A stretch of DNA of 64,000 bases from Eledone cirrhosa (lineage: Eukaryota): positions 372,868,001-372,932,000 of the forward strand of contig OZ024741.1 in assembly GCA_964016885.1 (NCBI GenBank), written 5' to 3'. The position numbers and the translations under genes are program-made. Position 1 is the first letter of the stretch; every line of letters starts with the position of its first letter. This document shows, one piece after another, positions 1 to 13,018 of the stretch. A model generated the notes under the pieces. The model was not told the origin of the DNA. It made no database searches and saw only the letters and a program-made list of their open reading frames with translations.

Positions 1-2652
1 CTAACACCAACCACGTTTACAGTGTGGACTGGGAGGTTTTTACCGTGTTACCTACACGCCCAGATTACAGTGTGGACTGTGTGTTTTTTTGTCGTGACAC
101 CTACACGTCTGGTGAGTTTTCTACGGCTGGGTGCCCTTCCCAACACCAACCACGTTTACAGTGTGGACTGGGAGGTTTTTACCATGTTACCTACACGCCC
201 ACATTACAGCGTGGACTGTGTGTTTTTTTGTCGTGACACCTACACGACTTCATTTGTTTCGGAGTGGATGTTGTGGTACCAACATAACTTCACATTTAAG
301 GGGGTGGTGTGGATGGGGTGGGAGGTAGTGGGACGGGGGTGTATTTTGTTAGAGGTGCCTACTGACTGTAGGTTTCGTTTTGTACTTGGGCAAGGCGGGT
401 CTTCTGTATGACTGTGTAGCGCCAAAGATCTCGGTCCAGTGACATTGTCTTGGAGAGGTGTAAGTGTGTAAGGTCAGAATTTATTAAGTCGTCCCAGGTT
501 TTTCTGGGTTTGCCTACTCCGTGGCTACCGTCTATTTTGATCGGCCTGCACTTTTTTATACAGCTGTCGTCTTTCATGCACATCACGTGACCGTACCAAC
601 GTAGTCTTCTCTCGAGTAAACAACATCTGATCCCTCTTATTCCTAATTTCTCCCTTAGTTCATTTATGCTTTGCCGTTCACATATATTACTATTACACAT
701 CCAGCGGAGCATGCAAGCTTCGTTTCTCTCCAGTCTGCATATATCCTCTGCACACAATGCCCAGGTCTCACTGCCATGTAACATTGCTGTTTGTATGCAG
801 GCATCATACAACCTGCCTTTCATTTTTAGAGAGAACCCTTTAGCGGCCAATAGTGGTATAAGCTCTCTGAACTTTTCCATCCCGTTCTGACTCTAGCTAC
901 TCTACTTTCAGAGCACCCTCCCCCACTGCTGATTTTGTCACCCAGGTAACGGAAGGTGTCCACTATTTCTATAGAACCATCTGTGCAATGGAATGAGCTA
1001 GTATACGGTGGGCACTTGCTGCTACTTATTGCACCAGAGCACCGGCCACATATAAAATCTATATTCTTAGTTAGCTTACCTGTGATCCCACTACATCTTT
1101 TATGCACCCATACTTTGCATTTGGGACATAAAATGGAGTTTCTGCCTACTCCTTTCCTACACACTGAGCATGGCCATTTCCCAGATGGGACCAGTGCCCT
1201 AAGTTAACTTTAAAGCCTTTTGATTCTAGGCCATGCTTCCATGTTTGGAATTTCTTCTCTAGTTCAGCCATTGATTCAGCTATGAGCATTAGATCATCTG
1301 CATATAGGAGTTCCCATGGGCAGCCAGTCTTGAACTCCTCTGTTATAGCCTGAAGGGCAATAATAAATAGTAGGGGGCTAAGAACGGAGCCCTGATGAAC
1401 ACCAACTTTTACGCTAAACTCTTCACTATATTCGTTGTTAATTCTAACCTTGCTGACTGTTTCTTTATACATGGCTTGTATAGCTCTCACAAGCCATTCA
1501 TCAACACCTAGTTTTCTAAAAGCCCACCAGATAATGGAGCGGGGGACTCTGTCATAGGCTTTCTCCAAGTCAACAAAAGCTAAGTATAGGGGTTTAATTT
1601 TAGCTAGGTACTTCTGCTGTAGTTGTCGTACAATGAAAAGAGCATCTGTGGTACTTTTACCTGACACAAACCCGAACTGCATTTCATCTAGATCAATTCG
1701 CTCTCTGATTAGTTGTGCTATTACTTTTTCTGTGACCTTCATGACCTGGTCGATTAATTTAATACCTCTATAGTTTCCCCTATCTAGGGCATCTCCTTTA
1801 CCCTTGTAGCAGTTAATGATGCTGCTGCTACGCCAGTCCTTCGGAATGGCGCCATTCTGTATGACTTGGTTAACTATCCGGGTGACCATAGTGTGTACCA
1901 CCGTTCCAGATGCTTTCAGCATTTCAGCAACTATTTCCGAAGGCCCAGCCGCCTTACCCGTCTTCATATCTTTGATTGCCTTACTTATTATACTACCTTC
2001 AACTAGCCCTGCTGGTCCCTCTATTGTATCGATGTGGGGGAGACTGTCTTTCTCCCATTTATTTTCCTCATTTAGTAGCCTTTCATAGTGACACTTCCAA
2101 GCTACCTTCTTATCAGCGTCAGTGATGGCAAGTACACCATCATCATTAAGGACACACTTCTCCCCGACAACATTACGGTTTTCCTTGAAACATTGCCTAG
2201 CAAGCCTGAACACCTCACGTTTTTGGTCCTCGCATTGTAGAACATGCTTGAACTTTCTTTCCTCTGCTTCCCTTCTTGCGAAGTACACTTGTCTCCTAGC
2301 TTCCCTCCTGACCACTTGATAGTCTTCTCTACTTCCCCCATCCCGCCATACTTTCCAAGCCTGCTTTTTGGCCTTAATTGACTCCTCCACCTTACTGTTC
2401 CACCACCACGTTACTCTCCTCCTGCTTATAGGCCTGCTCCAGCCACAGACTTCATCTGCCGCCTTCAGCAGGTTAGCTTTCAGGAATTCCCACTGTTCCT
2501 CTATATTGTACAACTCTAATTGCTCTTCCTTACTGTCGAAAGCATCAAGTAATTTGCTTTTAAATTTATTACTGGCTGTGGGGTCCTTTAGCTTCCATAT
2601 TTTCCCCCTGAGGATAGTCCTCCTCTGTTGTCGAATAAGGAGTTGACGGACC
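1..2652 (-). mobile_element. RTE-clade LINE family A, 5'-truncated and frameshifted (RT, PHD finger, C-terminus); 3' UTR runs off the window start
   Basis: Minus ORFs 1146-2513 (RT motifs AFVDLEKAYDRV, GVHQGSVLSPLLF, LLYADD), 826-1164 and 359-880 (RRLRWYGHV, G.GKPRKTW); near-identical to the copy at 39231-42917. Confidence 0.95.
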
Positions 2653-2844
2653 CAGCATATTTATCAATGCCAGGACCGGTTGTATCCCAGAGGACTCAAT
2701 AGCTAATGTAGGATACATTCCCAGAGTATACATATAGTTATTCGCTTCAATACAACACACGTAAAAGTTAAGTGGAAATATCCAAGAGTAAGAGCACTCA
2801 GTCCATAGGACGAGTTTAGTATAAATAATTACAACAGTGACATA

Positions 2845-2896
2845 AACAGGTACTCAAGTTTCGTTGGGTTCTGGGCCCCAATTTCTTCAGCCTGTC
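2845..2896 (-). ncRNA. Minimal type I hammerhead ribozyme in a Penelope-like terminal remnant (~2653-2910)
   Basis: Minus strand reads GACAGG-CTGAAGA-aaTTGGGgcccagaaCCCAAc-GAA-ACTTGAGT-A-CCTGTT. Core CUGANGA/GAAA is intact, with stems I and II, a quasi-palindromic stem III and a GUA cleavage triplet. Confidence 0.75.
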
Positions 2897-3179
2897 AAGA
2901 GAAAAATGGAAATATATATATATACTGGTATCCACTTATTTATGGTGGGGCTGAACTCAATGTAGCCTTGAAGAGATAGTTTCCAAAAGATTAGGTAGCG
3001 AGCGCTATATGTTTTGTAGTAGAGTCACATCGCATAAGGTTCCCTCGAAGGTTCTATATGAGCTACACAGTCATTTATATGTGTATGTGTGTATTTATAT
3101 GTTAAATGATGATGATTATGGCAATAATCATCATCATTTAACAATGGCAATAATGATCATAATGATAATATATATATAT

Positions 3180-3444
3180 ATCATCATCATCATCACCATT
3201 TTTATGTCCATTCTTCCACGCTAGCATGGGTTAGACGGGTTGTCCTGTTGTGGGCAGTGTTCAGTCAGCTGACCTTGTCTTGCTCATATGGGAACTGATT
3301 CTGGCTTGATTTCTACAGCTGAGTAAACTGGAGCAATCTGAAATAAAGCATCTTGCTCAAGGAAACACACATCACCCGGTCCAAGAATTGAACTCACAAC
3401 CTTTCGATTGCAAGCCCAATCCTCTAACCACTAAGCCATGCGCC
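3180..3444 (-). mobile_element. tRNA-derived CORE-type SINE (family 2) with RTE-like (GAT)n tail
   Basis: On minus: A box TGGCTTAGTGG, B box GTTCAATTC, core CCTTGAGCAAGA...CTCCAGTTTACTCAGCTGTAGAAAT; tail (CAT)n on plus. Confidence 0.8.
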
Positions 3445-3456
3445 TATATATATATG

Positions 3457-3485
<29 letters not shown>

Positions 3486-3487
<2 letters not shown>

Positions 3488-4110
3488 CATCATCATCATT
3501 GTTTAACGTCTATCTTCCACGCTAGCATAGGTTTAGACGGGAATTGTCCCACTTAAGGCAAGATTGGTTGTCTCGCTCGTATAGGACTGTCTGGCAGGTT
3601 TTCTACGGCTGGATGCCCTTCCTAACACCAACCACATTTACAGTGTGGACTGGGAGGTTTTTACCATGTTACCTACACGGCCACATTACAGTGTGGACTG
3701 TGTGTTTCTTTTGTCGTGACACCTACACAACCTCATATATTTTGGACTGGATGTTGTGGTACCAACATAACTTTACAGAGAAAGGGGTGGTTTGAGGGGC
3801 GTGGGGGTGGAGTAGGGGTAGTGAGATGGGGGTGTATATTTGGTTAAGAGGTGCCTACTGACTGTAGGTTTCGCTTTGTACATAGGCAAACAGGTCTTCT
3901 GTATTACTGCGTAACACCAAAGATCTCGGTCCAGTGACATTGTCTTGGAGAGGTGTAAGTGTGTAAGGTTGGAATTTATCAAATCGTCCCAGGTTTTTCT
4001 GGGTCTGCCTACTCCGTAACTTCCATCAATTTTGATCGCCCTACACTTTTTTATACAGCTGTCGTCTTTCATGCGCATCATGTGACCGTACCAACATAGT
4101 CTTCTCTCAA
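3486..4110 (-). mobile_element. RTE LINE family A 3' fragment
   Basis: Minus ORF 3773-4081 (GVGRPRKTWDDLI), family A 3' UTR and (GAT)n tail; flanked by (TA)n. Confidence 0.9.
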
Positions 4111-4111
4111 C

Positions 4112-4146
<35 letters not shown>

Positions 4147-4201
4147 ATGTTGCTATTAAGTTAGACATGGCATGGGCCAATACTGACCAAAACCTATCAA
4201 G

Positions 4202-4258
<57 letters not shown>

Positions 4259-4500
4259 ACTAAGCCAAATTTTCAGCTTTAGAAGTGTTGAGAATATATG
4301 TATATATAAGCATAAAAGAAAGGCTCAAGCTCAGAAATGTTATAAAGATAGCTTATAAAATAGGGTGAAGACCCTTAAAAGACGGAAAAAGAAGTTGCCA
4401 TCAGTCTCTATGAGGAATTGAACTCCATATCCTCCAGATACTGGTTGCAAAGGCGATATGGTGCATGTCTGTAATTTTGCTTTTGAATTTATATATATAC

Positions 4501-4651
4501 ATGGGCAGAGGTGGTGAGAGCAGACCTCAGATCACTGAAACTCACCGAGGAGATGACAAAGGACCGTGACAAGTGGAGAGATGCTGTGCTGAATAGGACC
4601 CGTCCAACCCTTGCAAGCAGGGAAAAGCGGACGTAAAATGATGATGATGAT
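4501..4651 (+). mobile_element. RTE LINE family B 3' end, tail-to-tail with the next element
   Basis: Matches 22917-23073 and ends in (GAT)n. Confidence 0.85.
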
Positions 4652-5329
4652 ATCATCATCATCATCATCGTTTAACGTCCATATTCCACGCTTGCATGGG
4701 TTTGGACAGGAATTTTCCCACTTGAGGAAAGATTGGTTGTTTTGCTCGTATAGGACTGTCTGGCGGGTTCTCTACGGCTGGATGCCCTTCCTAACACCAA
4801 CCACGTTTACAGTGTGGACTGGGAGGTTTTTACCGTGTTACCTACACGACCACATTACAGCGTGGACTGTGTTTTTTTGTCGTGACACCTACACGACCTC
4901 ATTTGTTTTGGACTGGATGTTGTGGTACCAACATAACTTCACATTTAAGGGGATGGTGTGGATGGGGTGGGGGTAGTGGGACGGGGGTGTATTTTGTTAG
5001 AGGTGCCTACTGACTGTAGGTTTCGCTTTGTACTTAGGCAAGGCGGGTCTTCTGTATTTCTGTGTAGCGCCAAAGATCTCGGTCCAGTGACATTGTCTTG
5101 GAGAGGTGTAAGCGTGTAAGGTCGGAATTTATCAAGTCGTCCCAGGTTTTTCTGGGTCTGCCTACTCCGTGGCTACCGTCTATTTTTATTGCCCTGCACT
5201 TTTTTACACAGCTGTCGTCTTTCATGCACATCACGTGACCGTACCAACGTAGTCTTCTCTCGAGTAAACAACATCTGATCCCTCTTATTCCTAATTTCTC
5301 CCTTAGTTTGTTTATGCTTTGCCGTTCAC
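4652..5329 (-). mobile_element. RTE LINE family A 3' fragment
   Basis: Minus ORF 5034-5354 with RRLRWYGHV, family A 3' UTR, (GAT)n tail. Confidence 0.9.
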
Positions 5330-5349
5330 TTATATATATATATTTATGA

Positions 5350-5680
5350 ACCACATGGCTTAGTGGTTAGTGTGTTGAGCTCATAATCATAAGGTTGTGA
5401 GTTTGAATCCTAGATTGGGCAATGTGTTGTGTTCTTGAGCAAAACACTTTATCTCACGTTGTTCCAGTTCACTCAGCTGTATAAATGAGATGCTATATTT
5501 CTGGTACCAAGCTGTATCGACCATTACCTTTCCCTTGGACAACATTAGTTGTGTGGAGAGGGGAGACTGGTATGCATGAGCAACTATTGGTCTTCCACAA
5601 AAACACCTTGACTGGACTTGTGCCTCTGAGGGGAAGTTTCCAGGTGCAAAACCTTAGTCACTCATGACCAAAGGGGGCCT
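5350..5680 (+). mobile_element. tRNA-derived CORE-type SINE (diverged)
   Basis: TGGCTTAGTGGTTAG A box, GTTTGAATCC B box, core CTTGAGCAAAACACTTTAT...CACTCAGCTGTATAAATGAG. Confidence 0.75.
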
Positions 5681-6432
5681 ACGATATACAGGGTGGCCCA
5701 AAAGTTGCAATTCATAGGACATTTTTAAGTTTCCATATTTATTTATTTTGTTTCATAATTATTTTTCTTTATTTATCATGACTTTTGGGCCACACACACA
5801 TAATCTGGTAGTGAAGTCTTGGTTAGGATGCTTTATAGACATTTTTCTTGTTCCTTGCTTTTTAGTACAAATCCCGCCAAGGTCAACTTTGCTTTTCATT
5901 ATTTTGAGGTTGATAAATAAAATACCTGTCAAGTACTGGGATCAATTCTTCCTTGTTTTTAATTTCTCCCTCTTGCCTATTTTTCCATGTTAGAATGGAT
6001 GGGTTGTTACAGACAAAGGCCCAATTTAAGTGGAGCTACTGGTCTTCTAGACAAGTTAGGAGGCCACATCACATCAATTACGTTTCATTTTTGGCATGGT
6101 TTCTATGACTTGATGCCTTTCCTAGTGCCAACCACTTTACAGAGTGTACTGTGTGCATTATATTATGACACTAGCACTAAAAAGGTTGTCCAGTCCTTCA
6201 CATGACTGAAGAGTCTATCTGTTGGTATTGTTCAAATATCAACCACTTTACAGAATATACCAAGTACTTTTTTATAGTGGCAACAACTCTAGGTAGGTCA
6301 CCTTGTTTCAAAGCAAACATGATCATAGTGAAAATATAAGAGGAATGGTGGTTATGAGTGTGGTTGGTGAGACAGAGATGGGATGGTATTCAAGGAAGTG
6401 ATGAAGGAGAGAGTTAGTAAAGGTTGAATAAA

Positions 6433-6520
6433 CAACAACAACAACAACAGCAAGAAGAAGAAGAAGAAGAAGAAGAAGAAGAAGAAGAAGAAGAAGAAGA
6501 AGAAGAAGAAGAAGAAGAAG
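6433..6520. repeat. (CAA)n(GAA)n compound microsatellite
   Basis: Directly visible. Confidence 0.95.
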
Positions 6521-6724
6521 AGAGGGATGGCAAATGATAGATAGCAACCAAGAGCCATGTAGTAGGAGAGAGAATGACAGACAGCCATGGATTATAAGAC
6601 AGAAAAGAAAGAGAGATAGAGATGTGGGTAGAACAGCTAGCCTCCTCTGTCGCAATGCCATTAAGGAGGGATTAGGTGGAAGGATAGATAAGTGATGGTA
6701 GGAAGAGAAGTGCAGTGATACTGT

Positions 6725-7810
6725 TAATAATAATTGTTTCTACTTTTGGCACAAGGCCAAAAATTACCCAGTGCATTACTGGTACTTTATTTTATCTATC
6801 CTCATAAGTATGAAAGGCAAAATTAACCTCGGCAGTATTTGAATAATGTTAATACTTTCTAACATTAATAATGATTTCTTTATTAGCCACACAGGGCTCA
6901 CATTAAGGAAACATTAAAGATGATACAATAAAATTTATTAAAGAGACTAAGAAAACATTAATAATTGTTTCTACTTTTGGCACAAGGCCAGCAATTACCC
7001 AGTACATTACTGGTACTTTATTTTATCGACCACGTAGAATGAAAGGCAAAGTTAACCTCAACGGGATTTGAACTCAGACCGTAAAGGGATGTAACTATGC
7101 TAGAAATTTACATCCCTTTACGGTCTGAGTTCAAACATTAATAATGCTTTCTAATGTTGGTACAAGGCCAACAATTTTGGGAGGGAGAGGAAAATCGATT
7201 AATTCAATCCCAGTATATTACTGGTACTTTAGTTTATCGACTCCCGTAAGGATGAAAGGCAAAGCTAACCTTGACGGGATTTGAATTCAGAACATAAAGG
7301 GACACAACTCTATGCTACAAATCATGTTGTCCAATGCCCTACCGATACTACCAATTCACCGCCCTTACAATGGTTTCTAATTTAGGCACAAGGGCAGCAA
7401 TATAGGGGCAGGGGCAAGTCGATTATAATAACCCCAGTACTTAACTGGTACTTTTTTTTTTATCAAACCTAGAAGGGTGAAAGGCAAAGTTGACCTTGGT
7501 AGGATGTGAACTCTAAAAGAAAAAAGCCAAAACAAATACTGCTAAATGTTAGCTTGCCAGTTTAACAACTCTGCAAACCACTGCCTTAATGTTAATGATA
7601 ATAATGGTTTCTGCTTTAGGCACAGGGCCAACAGTTTTGGGGGAGGGGAAAGCTGATTAAATTGACCCCCAATGCATTACTAGTACTTTATTGTATTGAC
7701 CCCATAATGATGAAAAGTAAAGCTAACCTCAGTGGGATTTGACCTCAGAATGTACACAGCTGGGAAAATGCTGCTAGACATTTGTCCGATGCTCTAACAA
7801 CTCTGCCAGC
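6725..7810 (-). mobile_element. Array of about 5 co-oriented copies of tRNA-derived SINE family 1
   Basis: Repeated TTTCTA..GGCACAAGGCC...CTGGTACTTTATTTTATCGAC...GAAAGGCAAAGTTAACCTC..GGGATTTGAACTCAG on plus, separated by (AAT)n tails. Confidence 0.85.
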
Positions 7811-7999
7811 CCAAATGATAATACTCAGAGATAGTGGAGGGATTGAGTATAAAGAGGTCAGATGCTACACATAGCCATATGATAAACATTGCACGGAGGA
7901 TATGATATATGGTGATATGGGTAAAGGTGAAAGGGTAAGTAAGAATATAGTGGAGAAGGAGGTGAAATAATTGGAGCATATTGGGTGCTTTGCTTGTGC

Positions 8000-8760
8000 C
8001 GATAGGTGGGTTTTCTCCAGCTCATTATGTTGCCAAACCTCACAGTCAGCTTCTTGAGGTCAGTCATCACAAGTTTTCCTGGGTTTATATCCCTTCCACA
8101 GTTTCCATTCAAATTTGAGTTTCCCGTGCTTTCTACATCTCATCTTCCATATGCATTTCATGCCCATACCTGTAAAGTCTTCTCTTTTGCACTCATATCC
8201 AGTTTTATCTCAGCTTTTTTATGTTTTGTTGTTCAGGTACTCTAACATTTCATATCTATATGAACATGCTCAGGTAATTTCTTTTCAGTCATCACAGGTC
8301 CTTGACATTCAAAGCCTATATCTCACAGTCATACATTCATCTCAGTTTGTACACAAATATCATAGTCTACTTTTTACTTCGTGAAAGAAACCCTTTATCA
8401 CTAGCAGAGTTAACAGCTCCCTTAACCTCTTCCAACCCATTCTTACTGTAGCTATTATGTTTTCAGAATACTCATCACCACTGCTGATTAGGACACATAC
8501 ATAATGAAAGTTGTTAACAACTAGGAGATGCCCAAGTATTTGAGAGAAACCATTTCACATATGCTCTTAATGCCTTTTGTCCTTCTTTATCCACTTCAAA
8601 TGATGCCTGCTTGTAATTCAACTACATCTTTTGTGCATCCATAGTGTACACTGATCGCCCCATATAGAATTGTTGCATATTGAATAAGGACATTTCCCTG
8701 ATGGTATCTGCTTCCTATCTTCTTTCCTACATATTAAAAATGTTGTCTTTGGTAAATTTT
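8000..8760 (-). mobile_element. Old degenerate RTE LINE 3' part
   Basis: Minus-strand remnants of GWKRLRELL..KGF and GKPRKT-like motifs, with many stops. Confidence 0.65.
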
Positions 8761-8984
8761 TAGCCATGCCTAAATACAGTTATAAAACTTAACTGTGTAT
8801 ACAAGACTAGCACCAAACATGTTAGGGCTGTTCACAGCAGTGGTGTGGCTAAGTCAGCTATGTGGGCATAATGAGAACCCTATGACTGACATAAGGTGAT
8901 CACATGCTTCTTTTCAGATACAGAAATCAGAGTTCAAAAGAAGACCCACATACAACCACTGAAAATTCTCCTTTTGTCAGGAAA

Positions 8985-9640
8985 TAAATTTCAGGGCTGT
9001 TACAGTCAATGTCAGCACAATGGAAGGTAGGTTTAATGAAATTGTGGAGATGCTGGAGTGAAGATGAGTAGAAGTTTATTGTGTGCAGGAGGTGAGCTAG
9101 AGGGATAGAGAGAAGGTTTTAAATACTAAGTTTTTCCTCAGAGAGAAATGCACCATTCTAACATATATTAATTACTAACACTGTTAGAACAAAGTCTAGA
9201 TGGACTCAAAGACAGACAGAGGGCAATCTGGGAAAGGAGACTATAAAAACTAAAAATATTGCTGTTAAACAATGGTTCAGAAAGGTTCCATGTGATGTTA
9301 TGATGAGAAAGAGGAGGAAACAGTTATGATAGAGAAGAGAAATGGAAATTTCTGAGACAACCATGGAATCTGTGATTGGAGCTAGGTACCAGCAAGACAG
9401 AGGGTGAGATAGTGGCGTAATAAAGACAGTCGTGGAAAGATTAGAAACAAGGAAGAAAAAGGGACAGCAAACAACAATACCAGATGAGAAGCTTGATGTT
9501 AGGATTGCATAGCATTGGGAGAAGCTGGAAGCAAGAGATTTGACAATATTTGGGTGTGAGGTGCTCCAGATTGCAAAGCTGTGTGTCAGTATGAATCAAA
9601 ATGTTGTTGAAGAAAAGCTACTTCAGTATTCATGTGAAAA
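8985..9640 (+). mobile_element. Old degenerate RTE LINE 5' part (APE endonuclease start and linker)
   Basis: TVNVSTMEGRFNEIVEMLE..VYCVQE resembles TMNVGTLKGRSNEVVEMLE..VCCIQE of the young copy. Confidence 0.6.
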
Positions 9641-10659
9641 TGACAGACACTACTAGTGTTTCAGGATTTTTTTTCCTTTATCAGTGACATTTATTCTCTT
9701 AGTGTCTGGCATTCACTGAGGTAGCTGTGACATGATCACAGCTTAAACACGCATAGCAAGACTCATATATTTATTATGCATAAACATTGTATCAGGCTTT
9801 ATATGAATCTGTATTATGAATCACGTTATGTTGGTGCTACACGACAACCTCATTAGTGTTGGTGATCTACACTACAAATGTACCCAGTACACACTATAAA
9901 GTAATTGGGGATAGGAAAGATATCCAGCCATAGAAAGCTTGCTAAACAAAGGGTTGGGAGGACCCTTCAGTTGTGTCAAGGACATGACAACCTCTCTTGT
10001 GTATTTGATAGAATGTATGACTGTATGTAAGTAAGATGCAGACCCCCCTGTGATCAGTCTGGGAGGTCAGTAGACTCACTTCAGTACTGACTTAGTCTAT
10101 GTAGACCCATCTAACCCTTGCTAGCAAAAGTAAAGCAGATGTTAAATGATGAAGATGATGAAGATACACATGTGTACGTGTTGGGCTGGTGGCATGCAAC
10201 TCACATAAAATCCTGCACATTACCAAGTGCATTTTATCTTGACACTAGCACTGTGGAGGTTGTCATGTCTTTGATGCAGCTGAAGAAACCTACTGATATG
10301 GTTATTGTGGTTAGCTGCTATACAACAGGTACTAAGTTTATTTCCCATAGGTAGTTCGGTCCACCATTTTTTCCATCATATTTCATGTTTTTAAATGTAT
10401 TATTTAAGTTTATCATACATAAATTGTTAAAAAAATCTTAACTGTTTATGTTATACTACATTTTTTTTTAATCATCCAGTCAGTATGAAAGTACCTTAAA
10501 ATGCTTGTTATATATTGTATGAAGTTTATAAAGTTTAAGAGCAGAGACTGAATGCAGTGTGGGGTTTTATCAATACATAGAGCCTGCAATATGAAGAATG
10601 CAATATGAGGTTTTACTAAGAAGTCACAAAGAGATTAATAGAACTAGATGTAGTATAGT

Positions 10660-11080
10660 GTTTTACCAAGGCATAGAGACAGAATTCAGAAGAGACTGGA
10701 GAGAAATGAAGTGAGCAAGCTCTGTTGGATGTGCAACGTTAATGTTCATGAATGATGGGGTGTGGATGAACCAAGAAAAAAGCTGGATATAAGAGGAATC
10801 AGATGCAGTAAATAAGAGAGAAGATTGTACTGGTATGAACATGTGATGCATATGTAAGATGAATGCTTAGGAAAGAAGTGTTAGGTGATGCCAGTGGAAG
10901 GAAGCTGTAGTAGAGGATGGTTGTGAAAAATCTGGGCAGGGTGATTAATGGTGAGCTCAAAACAGTGGAGATGATGAAAAAATATTACCAGTGGAGGGAG
11001 GCTGTGCTGGAAAAGACCCATTCAAGCTATGCAAGCATGGAAAAGCAGATGTAAAAATGATGATTAGGATGATGATGATG
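10660..11080 (+). mobile_element. Degenerate RTE LINE 3' end
   Basis: RRLERNE..CWMCNV, ERRLYWYEHVM remnants and (GAT)n tail. Confidence 0.75.
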
Positions 11081-12665
11081 GTGGATAATGTTGATAACTT
11101 TGATAGGTTTTGCCTAGTATTAACCCAGGCCATGTCTAACTTAATAGCACCACCTGGGGATATAGTATGAGTTTAATAGCATAGCATGTAGTGTGCTTCT
11201 TTTTCTACCAAGACGTGGGACCAAAAATGAGATTTTTTTAATTTTTACCTGAACAACTGTAAATACTTGGCAAAATAGAAAATGTTTTTAAGTACAATCA
11301 CTTATATACATAATTCTTTTGTCGTGATGCTACAAAATGAAAAAGCATCATGGAATTCAAAAGAGCTAAGAGCATTTTGAGATTATGTTTGCTGGATCAA
11401 TGGAATGGGATGAAAGTTGATTTTCTATAAAAGCTTTGTTTTAAGCAATATTCCCTTCCTCCAAGTTCTTAAAAGTATTACAAAGGATTTAAAGATGGAT
11501 TGAGTATCTGTTTACTATCAACTTGGCTCTAGCAGAATCAGTCAAAATAACAAACGTGGGGGAAAAAATTGTGTGCAAAAGAGTGGAGAACATCACTGAG
11601 TATTAAATAATATATATATATATATAATTTTTACGTCAACTTTTCCATGCTGGCATGTGCTGGACAGGACTTTTTGAGGCAATGTTTAACAGTTGGCGGT
11701 CCTTTCTGATTCTAACCCTTTCAGTCACTTCTTATGAGACACAGGGATACATTATACCTATTGTAAACTGGATACATATGGCTATGCAAATAGATAATGT
11801 ATATTGATTGAAAAGGTATATGGTTTTGTAGCAAAGAGAAAATAAGGTAGAGAAGCATCTAGACTTTGGAGAGCTCAAGGCTCTTCAGATTTGGTGGACT
11901 AAAGAATTTTCAGCAAGGTTGCATTTAGGCTTTAGGGGATCCAGAGCATTTCAGGTTTGGTAGACTGAGGAATCCTCAGTAGGGCTGCATTTAGACCTTG
12001 CTGGGCCTGAGGCCTCACAGGTTCAGTGGTCCCCTTATACAACAACAGCAAGCTTTGAGGCCAATTTTCATGGTAATGGTTGGATTTCATGGTAATTTGC
12101 AGACCCCATGACAAGCTTCAACACTTTGCCTTATCAAGTGCATGCCCATTCACTCCACTGTGGATTGACTTGGTTTCCCCATTTCAAAAAAAATTTAATG
12201 CAAAACAATAATTTCTATTTTAGGCACAAGGTCAGTAATTGATGGAGAGAGGAGGACAATTATATCAACCCCTGTATTTTACTGGCACTTTATTTTATCG
12301 ATCCTGCAAGGATGGAAGTAGGGATTTAGACTTAGAACATAGAAGGCCATAACAAAATGCTGCAATGTATATCCTCCAACACACTAACAATTCATCCAAC
12401 ACACAACCCTAATCTAATGCAAAACATGCATGCATGGCACTGTAACTCCTAATGGAGTCATAAAGGCATTGTAGTGGTGATTCTAGGGCATTTTAAAGCT
12501 CATCTCCTTTCCAGGCCTTATTACATTAGATTCTTTCCAGAAAAGGATAGATAATGGATGAAAGGCAAAGTTGATCTTGGTGGGATTTGAACTCAGAAAG
12601 CAGTGAGCCAGAACAAATAACACAGAACATTCTATTCAACGTTTTAACAACTCTGTCATTTTGCC

Positions 12666-13018
12666 TTAACCATTTTAAACTGGCTGTATTTGGCCAGAAT
12701 TCTCTCACCTCTTTCTGTTCAAACCAGCTGTAATTAGCCACTCATACTTATGTTAAGGTATTATTCTCAAAATAAATAATATCAAAATCTCATAAATTCG
12801 ATATTATGTGCGACAAAGCCTTTACCATGAAAATACAATAGTGAATATAGAGTAATGTAAATGGTATGTGAGATATTATGTGCGACAAAGCCTTTACCAT
12901 GAAAATACAATAGTGAATATAGAGTAATGTAAATGGTATGTGAGATATTATGTGCGACAAAGCCTTTACCATGAAAATACAATAGTGATATAGAGTAATG
13001 TAAATGTTAAAGGGTTAA
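12666..13018. mobile_element. piggyBac-type MITE with internal 72-bp triplication (12801-13005)
   Basis: TTAACC...AAAGGGTTAA ends; homologous in reverse to 50411-50636; repeat units start at 12801, 12873 and 12945. Confidence 0.7.
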
